A stretch of 42,830 bases of DNA from an uncultured Lachnospiraceae bacterium (GTDB lineage Bacteria; Bacillota; Clostridia; Lachnospirales; Lachnospiraceae), in the NCBI GenBank assembly GCA_944383605.1, contig CALWQE010000117.1, forward strand, positions 1 to 42,830. The letters run 5' to 3'. Each line of letters opens with the position of its first letter. Position 1 is the stretch's first letter. Below are positions 1 through 7,806 of this stretch, in pieces. Both the position numbers and the translations under genes were made by a program. A model generated the notes under the pieces. It was not told where the DNA came from, searched no databases, and worked only from the letters and a program-made list of their open reading frames with translations.

Positions 1-840
1 TGCCCTTCCTGCGGGGCGGAAATGCTGACGGATGATTATACCACAGCTGCCGTGTGCAGCTTCTGCGGGGCGCCGGGACTGATGGAAGACCGGCTGACCG
101 GTGAGCTGCGGCCCAGCCGGGTTCTGCCGTTTCAGATTTCGAAGGAGAAGGCGGAAGATATATTCCGGCAGTGGACGAGGAAAGGCCTGCTGACGCCCAA
201 GGATTTCCGCTCCCGGAATACCATTGAGAAGATTTCCGGAATTTATGTTCCTTACTGGCTCTATGATTATGACGCCAGCGTGATGCTGACGGCCCACTGC
301 ACCAGAGTCAGAATCCAGAGAAGAGGGGAATGGCAGTATACATATACCGATCACTATCAGGTTCACCGGGAGGTGAACAGCGATTTTGACGGCGTGCCAG
401 AGGATGCTTCGGAGAAAATGGACGATCAGATGATGGAGAGCGCGGAGCCCTTTGATTATTGTCAGATGAAGCCCTTCGAGCTGCCTTATCTGGCAGGCTA
501 TCTGTCGGAGAAATATCATTATACCAGCGAGGAGATGGCGCAGCGGGCGAAGAAGCGGGTGGCGGACATGGCTTTTGGCGTGGCCAGAAGCACAATTAAC
601 GGCTATGATTCTGTACAGATTACCAATCAGCGGATCCATCTGAAGGAAAAAGCGGTGGAATATGTCCTCCTGCCGGTCTGGATGCTGAATTACCGGTATC
701 AGGGAAAAAATTATCAGTTTCTGATTAACGGCCAGTCAGGCAAAATGGTGGGCGTCCTGCCGGTGAGCAAGGGGAGGGCCGCGGCCTTTTTTGGCCTGGT
801 GACAGCCGCAGTGTTTACACTGCTGACAATCTTTCTGTAA
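1..840 (+). CDS. Zinc-ribbon protein with C-terminal membrane anchor (5' end probably outside window)
   Basis: Frame 1 is open from nt 1 (CPSCGAE precedes the first Met at nt 22). Two CxxC pairs (CPSC, CSFC) suggest a 4-Cys zinc ribbon. Hydrophobic C-terminal helix AAAFFGLVTAAVFTLLTIFL. No named family recognised. Confidence 0.6.
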   Translation, partial: CPSCGAEMLTDDYTTAAVCSFCGAPGLMEDRLTGELRPSRVLPFQISKEKAEDIFRQWTRKGLLTPKDFRSRNTIEKISGIYVPYWLYDYDASVMLTAHCTRVRIQRRGEWQYTYTDHYQVHREVNSDFDGVPEDASEKMDDQMMESAEPFDYCQMKPFELPYLAGYLSEKYHYTSEEMAQRAKKRVADMAFGVARSTINGYDSVQITNQRIHLKEKAVEYVLLPVWMLNYRYQGKNYQFLINGQSGKMVGVLPVSKGRAAAFFGLVTAAVFTLLTIFL

Positions 841-892
841 TCCGGCGCCGCGTAAGAATAAATGAGGAAATGAATCGGAATATGGGGGACAG

Positions 893-1738
893 ATGAGAAA
901 CAGGAAAGAAAAAATGTGGAAAAAGACAGGGATAACCGTTCTGGCGGCGTGTATTTTTGGCCTTTGCCTGTGGGGAAGAGCAGGCCAGGCCCGGGCGGCG
1001 CAGGTGAGGACGGCGGAAATGTTTGATCTGGCGGGGCTGTTTACGCCGGAAGAGGAGAAGAAGCTGCTGGAAAAAGCAGAAGCAGGGGCAGAGAAAACAG
1101 CAACGGAAATGGTTTTTCTGACCTATGATGACGCCGGGGGAAAGAGTACAGAGGCTTATACCGACGATTTCTGCGATGAGCAGGCGCTGGGCTATGACCC
1201 TGACGACCGGGAAGGGGCGTTTGTCATGCTGGCCTTTGACATGGATAACCGGGAGATCTTTGTAAAAACCGGCGGTACGGCCATTGACCGGATCGGGGAC
1301 GATGAGGTGGAGGAGATTCTGGATGCAGTGTTTGCCCGGATGCCGGAGGAAGGAGAGCGTTACTATGAAGCGGCGGCCGCCTTTCCGGACGCGGCTGTGA
1401 CAGCTCTTTCCGAAGGGTCAGGCCAGGGAAAGCCTTCTGTATGGGAGGAAAACATGGCTGTGCGGGTTCTGGTACGGCTGTCTGCGGCGGCGCTGGCAGG
1501 CGCCGGGGCGACGGCTCTGGCGCTGGCAGGCAGGAAAACCGGGAAGAGAGCGGGCGCCGCTGCCTATATGGGCTCTGAGCCGCGGGTGGTAAGGCAAAGC
1601 GACCGGTTTATCAACACGACCGTCATCAAAACCAGGATCCCGGATCAAAGCTCCGGAGGAAACCGGCCGTCGGGAGGCGGTTCCTCCCATGTCAGCAGCG
1701 GCGGCCGTTCTTATGGAGGCGGCGGGAGATCCTTCTGA
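893..1738 (+). CDS. TPM-domain (YgcG-like) secreted/membrane protein with Gly-rich tail
   Basis: N-terminal signal/TM segment, then a TPM-like region (FDLAGLFTPEEEKKL...MVFLTYDD...IDRIGDDEVEEILD), a TM helix and a GGxS/GGGG-rich C-terminus typical of YgcG-type TPM proteins. Confidence 0.7.
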   Translation: MRNRKEKMWKKTGITVLAACIFGLCLWGRAGQARAAQVRTAEMFDLAGLFTPEEEKKLLEKAEAGAEKTATEMVFLTYDDAGGKSTEAYTDDFCDEQALGYDPDDREGAFVMLAFDMDNREIFVKTGGTAIDRIGDDEVEEILDAVFARMPEEGERYYEAAAAFPDAAVTALSEGSGQGKPSVWEENMAVRVLVRLSAAALAGAGATALALAGRKTGKRAGAAAYMGSEPRVVRQSDRFINTTVIKTRIPDQSSGGNRPSGGGSSHVSSGGRSYGGGGRSF

Positions 1739-1744
1739 GCATGA

Positions 1745-1773
1745 TTGCAAAAACAGGCGGCATCGTGTACAAT
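1745..1773 (+). promoter_or_regulatory. Putative sigma-A promoter of ppiB
   Basis: TTGCAA-17 nt-TACAAT, about 50 nt upstream of the ppiB ATG. Confidence 0.5.
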
Positions 1774-1821
1774 AACAGGCAGGACTTTTAACCGACGTTT
1801 GATGAAAGAGAGGAATTTGAT

Positions 1822-2343
1822 ATGGCGCAGAATCCAGTTGTAACCATTGAAATGGAAAATGGCGATATGATAAAAGCGGAGTTATATCCGGATATCGCTC
1901 CCAACACAGTCAGCAATTTTATCAGCCTGATCCAGAAAGGCTTTTATGACGGGCTGATTTTCCACAGAGTCATTCCCGGGTTTATGATCCAGGGCGGATG
2001 CCCCCAGGGGCGGGGAACCGGCGGCCCCGGCTATCAGATCAGAGGGGAATTTTCTGCCAATGGTTTTCCGAATGAACTGAAGCACACAGAGGGCGTGCTG
2101 TCTATGGCCAGAGCTATGGCTCCTGACAGCGCGGGTTCCCAGTTTTTTATTATGCATAAAACCTCTCCCCATCTGGATGGCTCCTACGCTGCATTCGGAA
2201 AGGTAACAGAGGGGCTGGACGCAGTAGACCGGATCGCCCAGACCCGGACAGACTGGTCTGACCGTCCTCTGGAGACTCAGAGGATGAAGAAAGTAACGGT
2301 GGAAACCTTCGGCGTGGAATATCCGGAACCGGAAAAATGCTGA
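1822..2343 (+). CDS. ppiB: Cyclophilin-type peptidyl-prolyl cis-trans isomerase
   Basis: Classic cyclophilin motifs FHRVIPGFMIQGG and SQFFI...HLDG..AFGKV. RBS GAGAGGAA upstream of the ATG. Confidence 0.9.
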   Translation: MAQNPVVTIEMENGDMIKAELYPDIAPNTVSNFISLIQKGFYDGLIFHRVIPGFMIQGGCPQGRGTGGPGYQIRGEFSANGFPNELKHTEGVLSMARAMAPDSAGSQFFIMHKTSPHLDGSYAAFGKVTEGLDAVDRIAQTRTDWSDRPLETQRMKKVTVETFGVEYPEPEKC

Positions 2344-3869
2344 TGAAGCTGAAAAATATGTGGAGAAAACTGGCCGGGCGGCAGCTGAGGGAAAGTCAGG
2401 TTACGGCGCTGATGATGCTGGCATTTGCCGCCAGCCTGCTGCCCCTGCTGGCGATTTCTGTTTATAACCATCCGTCAGCTGACGATTACAACTATTCTAT
2501 TTTAACCCGGCAGGTTTGGCTGGAAACCGGATCTGTGCTCCAGGTGCTGAAAGCGGCGGCGGAAACGGCGGTTTATTATTTTAATGAATGGGAGGGGCTG
2601 TATGCGGCCCCCTTCTTCCTGGCGCTGCAGCCGGGGATTTTCGGGGAAACCGCGTATATGCTGACGCCCTGGATGACGATCGGCAGTCTGACAGCCGGCA
2701 GCCTGCTCTTTTTCCATGTGCTGGTCAGGAGGATCCTAAAAGGCACAAAGAGCCAGTGGCTTCAGCTGTCGGCCATCGGCCTGTTTCTGATGGTCAATCT
2801 TCTTCCCAGCGCTGTGGAGGGATTTTACTGGCATAACGGTGCGTTCAAATATACCGTCTTCCACGCCCTCCTTCTGGCGCTGCTCTGCCTGGCCTGGCAT
2901 CTGGAACAGCCGGAGACGAAACATAAGCCGCTGAAGCTGGCGGTTTTGGCTGCGGGAACAGCGGTTCTGGCCGGGTGCAATCATGTCACCACATTTCTGG
3001 GTATTTTGCTGTACCTGGCCTGGGGTGTGGGTTATCTGCTGGCGGGGCAGAGAAAAAAGAGCATGATCCCCTTTCTGGCCGGTTTCATTATGACGGCGGG
3101 GTTTCTTATCAATCTTACCGCTCCGGGGACTGCGGTGCGGCAGGCCACATGCCTGGACCGTCCCGGCGTGATCGGAACGATCCTGATTTCCATATCGGAC
3201 ACGCTGCGGTATTATCAGGAGTGGATGACGCCGCTGTTTGGGGTATGTCTGGCGGCGGCTGTCCCGGCAGCCTGGGGGACGGCCAGGAGATTCCGGAAGA
3301 CGTCCGGCTTTTCTTACCCCTGTCCGCTGCTGCTGGTAACTGGCATGACAGCCCTTCAGGCGGCGATGCATTGCCCTTCTGTTTATGCCCAGGGCTTCAG
3401 CGGCAATTACAGGCTGATTAACGTATCCTATTATGTTTTTGTGATACAGGCCATATTTTTCCTGATTTATATACTGGGCTGGCTGGCTGTGAAGCTGGAG
3501 AAAAGCAGGTTTGCCGGACTGGCCGATGGGCTGGACCGGCGGCTTTCCCGGATTGCCTGGAGCAGTGCGGCGGCATTTCTGCTGGTATTCGCGGCGGCGC
3601 TCTACCCCTCGTATGAAAATGTGGCCGGCATTAACGCCCTTACCTCCCTGGTGAATGGAAAGGCGGCCCAGTACGACCGGGAAGCAGACGCCAGAAACCA
3701 GGTGCTGACAGAGGCGGGGGAGGATGATACGATAGAGCTGGAGCCGTTTACGGTGACGCCGAAGGTGCTGTTCTTCGAGGATCTGGATCCGTCGCCGGAT
3801 AACTGGAAAAATCAGGCGGCGGCGGAATATTATGGCGTGAAGGCAGTGATTCTGCGGGCAGGGGAATGA
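2337..3869 (+). CDS. Polytopic integral membrane protein (possible GT-C-like/DUF-type); function unknown
   Basis: 510 aa with many hydrophobic helices, an N-terminal YNHPSADDYNY motif and a soluble C-terminal tail. Overlaps the ppiB stop by 7 nt (an alternative in-frame ATG lies at 2343). Family assignment is tentative. Confidence 0.6.
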   Translation: MLMKLKNMWRKLAGRQLRESQVTALMMLAFAASLLPLLAISVYNHPSADDYNYSILTRQVWLETGSVLQVLKAAAETAVYYFNEWEGLYAAPFFLALQPGIFGETAYMLTPWMTIGSLTAGSLLFFHVLVRRILKGTKSQWLQLSAIGLFLMVNLLPSAVEGFYWHNGAFKYTVFHALLLALLCLAWHLEQPETKHKPLKLAVLAAGTAVLAGCNHVTTFLGILLYLAWGVGYLLAGQRKKSMIPFLAGFIMTAGFLINLTAPGTAVRQATCLDRPGVIGTILISISDTLRYYQEWMTPLFGVCLAAAVPAAWGTARRFRKTSGFSYPCPLLLVTGMTALQAAMHCPSVYAQGFSGNYRLINVSYYVFVIQAIFFLIYILGWLAVKLEKSRFAGLADGLDRRLSRIAWSSAAAFLLVFAAALYPSYENVAGINALTSLVNGKAAQYDREADARNQVLTEAGEDDTIELEPFTVTPKVLFFEDLDPSPDNWKNQAAAEYYGVKAVILRAGE

Positions 3870-3909
3870 CAAAGGCAGTATCCTTTCAGGCCAAATAGCG
3901 GGGGATTTT

Positions 3910-4353
3910 ATGAAGTATTCAACAAAATTAAGCGACGCAGTCCATCTGCTGGCATTTATCTGCATCAATCCAAAGCAAAATCTGAGCAGCGCCGTCATTG
4001 CGGTCAGCATTCATACCAATCCGTCTTATGTCAGGCAGCTGATGATGGCCCTGCGCAAAAGCGGGCTGCTGTCCAGCGTACAGGGGCGGGCGAAGCCGGA
4101 GCTGACCAGAAGGCCGGAACAGATCACGCTGCTGGACGTATACCGGGCGGTAGAGGGGAACAAGCCTCTGCTTCATCTGGATACCAACATTAATCCGGAC
4201 TGTAACGTGGGTATCCACATCCAGTATACGCTGCGGGAATATTATGGTCAGGTGCAGGCTGCCGCAGAGGCGGAGATGGCGAAAATTACGCTGGAGGATA
4301 TCCTGCAGGGATTTTACAGGCGGGCAGAAGGCGAGGAGATGATATGGGACTGA
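3910..4353 (+). CDS. Rrf2-family transcriptional regulator (no 3-Cys cluster)
   Basis: N-terminus MKYSTKLSDAVHLLAFI and a winged-helix region typical of Rrf2/BadM. Only two Cys residues, so probably not an Fe-S-binding member. Confidence 0.75.
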   Translation: MKYSTKLSDAVHLLAFICINPKQNLSSAVIAVSIHTNPSYVRQLMMALRKSGLLSSVQGRAKPELTRRPEQITLLDVYRAVEGNKPLLHLDTNINPDCNVGIHIQYTLREYYGQVQAAAEAEMAKITLEDILQGFYRRAEGEEMIWD

Positions 4354-4433
4354 GATTTTTCCCCCTTTAAGTTGACCGGGGGATGAGAAACAGGTAAAAT
4401 AAATACACACAATTACTGAAGGAGGAGAAGAAA

Positions 4434-5345
4434 TTGTACCGCATTTTAAAGAAAAGACAGCTGTCTGACCAGATCTGGCTGATGGATGTCCTGGCGCCCC
4501 GGACTGCCCGTTCCTGTCTTCCCGGCCAGTTCGTGATCGTAAAGATAGATGAGACCGGGGAACGGATTCCGCTGACGATCTGTGATTATGACAGAGAGAA
4601 GGAGACCGTTACCATTGTATTCCAGACAGTCGGCGTTTCCACTGCCCGGATGGCACGTCTGAATGAGGGGGACAGCTTCCGGGACTTTGTAGGCCCTCTG
4701 GGATGTCCCTCTGAGCTGACTGGCCGGACGGCAGAGGAACTGAAGGAGAAACGGATTCTCTTTGTGGCCGGCGGCGTAGGCACCGCCCCTGTATATCCCC
4801 AGGTAAAATGGCTGCGGCAGCAGGGGGCGGCGGCGGACTGCATCATCGGCGCCAGAAGCAAAAATTTGATTATCCTGGAAGAAGAGATGAAAAAAGAGGC
4901 GGCGAATCTGTATATTGCCACTGACGACGGCAGCTATGGCTTTCAGGGCAATGTGAGCAACCTGCTCGGCGACCTGGTGCGCAATCAGGGAAAGGCCTAT
5001 GACCTGGTGATCGCCATCGGCCCGCTGATTATGATGAAATTTGTCTGTCTGCTGACAAAGGAGCTGAATATTCCCACCATTGTCAGCATGAACCCGATTA
5101 TGGTAGACGGAACCGGCATGTGCGGCGCCTGCCGTCTGAACGTGGGAGGGGAAATTAAATTTGCCTGCGTGGACGGCCCTGAGTTTGACGGACACCTGGT
5201 GAACTTTGACGAGGCCATGAAACGTCAGGCGATTTATAAAACAGAAGAGGGACGGGCAATGCTGCGGCTCCAGGAGGGAGATACCCATCATGGCGGCTGC
5301 GGCTTCTGCAGCGATGGAAAGGAGGAAGAGACAAATGGCCGGTAA
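4434..5345 (+). CDS. nfnA: NfnA-like FAD/NAD-binding, [2Fe-2S] subunit (sulfide/dihydroorotate dehydrogenase-like, GltD partner)
   Basis: TTG start 8 nt after GGAGGAG. Ferredoxin-reductase-like fold motifs (RIPLTICD, GGVGTAP). C-terminal Cys cluster GMCGACR...FACVDGP. Confidence 0.75.
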   Translation: MYRILKKRQLSDQIWLMDVLAPRTARSCLPGQFVIVKIDETGERIPLTICDYDREKETVTIVFQTVGVSTARMARLNEGDSFRDFVGPLGCPSELTGRTAEELKEKRILFVAGGVGTAPVYPQVKWLRQQGAAADCIIGARSKNLIILEEEMKKEAANLYIATDDGSYGFQGNVSNLLGDLVRNQGKAYDLVIAIGPLIMMKFVCLLTKELNIPTIVSMNPIMVDGTGMCGACRLNVGGEIKFACVDGPEFDGHLVNFDEAMKRQAIYKTEEGRAMLRLQEGDTHHGGCGFCSDGKEEETNGR

Positions 5346-6735
5346 ATTGGAGAGAGTGCCTGTCAGAGAACAGGATCCGAAGGTAAGGGCCGCGAATTTC
5401 AGCGAGGTCTGCCTGGGCTATAATCTGGAGGAGGCAGTGGAAGAGGCACAGCGCTGCCTGACATGCAAAAATGCCAAATGTATCGAGGGCTGCCCTGTTT
5501 CCATTGATATTCCCGGTTTTATCCATCAGCTGAAGGAACAGAATGTGGAAAAAGCCTATGAAGTGATCAGCCGGTATTCCTCCCTTCCCGCCATCTGCGG
5601 CCGTGTCTGCCCCCAGGAAAGCCAGTGCGAACAGAAATGTATCCGCGGCATAAAAGGGGAACCGGTTTCCATCGGAAAGCTGGAGCGGTTTACCGCGGAC
5701 TGGGCCAGAGAGCATAATATCCATCCTTCTGTATCCTGCCAGCCGAAAAATAAAAAGGTGGCGGTTATCGGTTCCGGGCCTGCCGGGCTGACCTGCGCCG
5801 GCGATCTGGCGAAAGCCGGATATGACGTAACCATTTTTGAAGCCCTCCATGAACCGGGCGGCGTGCTGGTATACGGAATCCCTGAATTTCGTCTTCCCAA
5901 GAAGGACGTGGTGGAGCCGGAAATCGAAAATGTTAAGGCGCTGGGAGTAAAAATAGAAACCAATGTCATTGTCGGAAAGTCTGTTACCATCGACCAGCTG
6001 ATGGAAGAAGAAGGCTTTTCCGCCGTATTTATCGGTTCCGGCGCAGGGCTGCCCAAATTTATGGAGATTCCCGGCGAAAATGCCAACGGCGTATTTTCCG
6101 CAAATGAATACCTGACCCGGAGCAATCTGATGAAGGCTTTTGATGAAAATTATGATACGCCTATCCATGTGGGCCGTAAGGTAGCGGTGGTAGGCGGCGG
6201 CAATGTGGCTATGGACGCGGCCAGAACCGCCCTCCGGCTGGGCTCTGAGGTGCACATTGTATACCGCAGAAGCGAGGCGGAGCTGCCTGCCCGGGCTGAG
6301 GAGGTTCATCACGCCAAGGAAGAGGGAATTATCTTTAACCTGCTGACCAATCCGAAGGAGATTCTGACGGATGAGAACGGCCAGGTAACTGGCATGGTAT
6401 GCGTGGAGATGGAGCTGGGCGAGCCTGACGCCTCCGGCAGAAGAAGACCGGTGGAAAAGAAGGGCTCCGAGTTCACCATCGAGGTGGATACGGTGATTAT
6501 GGCTTTGGGTACCAGCCCCAACCCCCTGATTTCTTCTACCACAAAAGGGCTGGATGTGAACAAATGGAAATGCATCGTAGCAGATGAAGAAAACGGCCAG
6601 ACGTCCAAGGCTGGCGTATTTGCCGGAGGCGACGCCGTAACCGGAGCCGCTACTGTAATACTGGCTATGGGAGCCGGAAAGGCTGCAGCGAAGGGAATTG
6701 ATGAATATCTGAGCAGGGAGAACGCTGATGCATGA
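5335..6735 (+). CDS. nfnB: NfnB / glutamate synthase small-chain-like NADPH-dependent oxidoreductase
   Basis: Two N-terminal Fe-S Cys motifs (CLTCKNAKCIEGCP; CGRVCPQESQCEQKC). Dinucleotide folds VAVIGSGPAGL and VAVVGGGNVAMD. I prefer the ATG at 5335 (RGGAGGAAGAG RBS, overlaps the nfnA stop) over the ORF-track start at 5290. Confidence 0.8.
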   Translation: MAGKLERVPVREQDPKVRAANFSEVCLGYNLEEAVEEAQRCLTCKNAKCIEGCPVSIDIPGFIHQLKEQNVEKAYEVISRYSSLPAICGRVCPQESQCEQKCIRGIKGEPVSIGKLERFTADWAREHNIHPSVSCQPKNKKVAVIGSGPAGLTCAGDLAKAGYDVTIFEALHEPGGVLVYGIPEFRLPKKDVVEPEIENVKALGVKIETNVIVGKSVTIDQLMEEEGFSAVFIGSGAGLPKFMEIPGENANGVFSANEYLTRSNLMKAFDENYDTPIHVGRKVAVVGGGNVAMDAARTALRLGSEVHIVYRRSEAELPARAEEVHHAKEEGIIFNLLTNPKEILTDENGQVTGMVCVEMELGEPDASGRRRPVEKKGSEFTIEVDTVIMALGTSPNPLISSTTKGLDVNKWKCIVADEENGQTSKAGVFAGGDAVTGAATVILAMGAGKAAAKGIDEYLSRENADA

Positions 6736-7012
6736 GCATTCACCGGAAGAAAATGCCCGGCTGGTGAACCGGATGGCCCGGATTATCGGCCACGCCAATT
6801 CGATTAAGACGATGATTGAAACCAACCGCAACTGCACCGAAGTCCTGATCCAGATCGCCGCCGTCCGCTCGGCGCTGAACAACCTGGGTAAAATCATACT
6901 GGCAGAGCATATTGAGGAATGTATGATGGACGCCTTCAACAGCGAGGACGAGGACGAAAAAGAAGAGGTGCTGGCTGACCTGATGGACGCGATCAATAAA
7001 TTTGTCAAATAA
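6728..7012 (+). CDS. CsoR/RcnR/FrmR-family metal- or thiol-sensing repressor (C36-H61-C65 fingerprint)
   Basis: 94-aa all-helical protein. Motif RIIGHANSIKTMIE plus Cys36, His61 and Cys65 at the canonical CsoR ligand positions. The ATG overlaps the nfnB stop (ATGcATGA). Confidence 0.75.
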   Translation: MHEHSPEENARLVNRMARIIGHANSIKTMIETNRNCTEVLIQIAAVRSALNNLGKIILAEHIEECMMDAFNSEDEDEKEEVLADLMDAINKFVK

Positions 7013-7120
7013 TGACATGAACAGGACGGTTTCGCTTTTTCAGCGGCCGGCACGCACAGCTGCCGTACAGATTTCGGAGGCCATGAAAGAGGGGAGTATC
7101 TCCCCCGCGGCTTTCCGGCT

Positions 7121-7195
7121 CTGCAGGGCAGCATTTTTGTTTCATGGGAAACTGCGTTCCCTATGAAACAAAAATGCTCCGCAGGATTCCTTTTT
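7121..7195 (+). terminator. Palindromic repeat element copy 1, probable intrinsic terminator after the CsoR-like gene
   Basis: Arms CTGCAGGGCAGCATTTTTGTTTCATGGG / CCCTATGAAACAAAAATGCTCCGCAG around the loop AAACTGCGTT, followed by GATTCC-TTTTT. The 44-nt core is nearly identical to 28423-28466. Confidence 0.65.
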
Positions 7196-7221
7196 AACTG
7201 TGGAAAAATGAAAAATAACCG

Positions 7222-7464
7222 TTACTGCATTTCTCTCATGATTTCCATTGCTTCTCTGAGCAGCTCCATATCTTCTTGCGTGATCCGGAAGTTGGAGACA
7301 TAGTCCTGCCCGTCTGACGTGGCGACGCTGATCTCGATGACAGTTCCTTCCCTGACCGCGTTCTGGGCAACTGCCTGAGCAAATCTGGGAAGCTTGGGAT
7401 GGTTGGAGATGAAACGGTCCCACAGTCCTTTTAACTGAAATATTTTCATAGGATTTACGCTCAT
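7222..7464 (-). CDS. Small hypothetical protein (80 aa)
   Basis: On the minus strand, AGGAGAA lies 6 nt upstream of the ATG at 7464 (MSVNPMKIFQLKG...). The longer ORF-track start at 7584 has no RBS. No family recognised. Confidence 0.5.
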   Translation of the reverse strand: MSVNPMKIFQLKGLWDRFISNHPKLPRFAQAVAQNAVREGTVIEISVATSDGQDYVSNFRITQEDMELLREAMEIMREMQ

Positions 7465-7631
7465 AGATTTTCTCCTTCTGTAAATGATGCAAACGGTTTG
7501 CCTTTGCCGCATGAGCCGGCTGACCTGTACATTATACAGCCGGCCCGGACAGAATACCAGTGTTTTCCCGCCTGAAAGGGCCAAGTTTATAAAACTTTTA
7601 AAAATAAGCGGAAGTTTTCATATTATGACGC

Positions 7632-7660
7632 TTGATTTATATTTTAAGAATCTCTATAAT
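7632..7660 (+). promoter_or_regulatory. Putative sigma-A promoter of ftsH
   Basis: TTGATT-17 nt-TATAAT. Implies a ~140-nt leader. Confidence 0.55.
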
Positions 7661-7806
7661 GGTTAGGTAGAATCGGGAAAATCTGTATCGATGATTCTGC
7701 ATGAAAGCAGATGCCGGAGATACGGTATGGCACATATCTGCGGCATGGCGGGTGTCGATCCCCCTGCTGGATAAAATGTGACAGATAAAAGGCAAGGAGA
7801 AATTGG

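Noticed and set aside
7040-7100. A possible degenerate relic of the 108-nt repeat downstream of the CsoR-like gene (CCGGCAcgcacaGCTGCCGTAC resembles CCGGCAGCTGACGTAC).
   Set aside because: The similarity is limited to about 16 nt and needs a 6-nt indel. Neither hairpin is recognisable. This is too weak to call without an alignment statistic.
5155-7134. Very long antisense ORFs. These include 5155-7134 (-), 2736-4010 (-), 15683-17464 (-), 17576-18616 (-), 22585-23943 (-), 36338-37795 (-) and 40860-42359 (-).
   Set aside because: Each lies fully opposite a + strand gene with unmistakable family motifs (nfnB, dnaE, hemZ and others). Their products are Arg/Pro/Gly/His-rich and low in complexity, and they have no RBS. 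They are typical shadow ORFs of GC-rich coding DNA.
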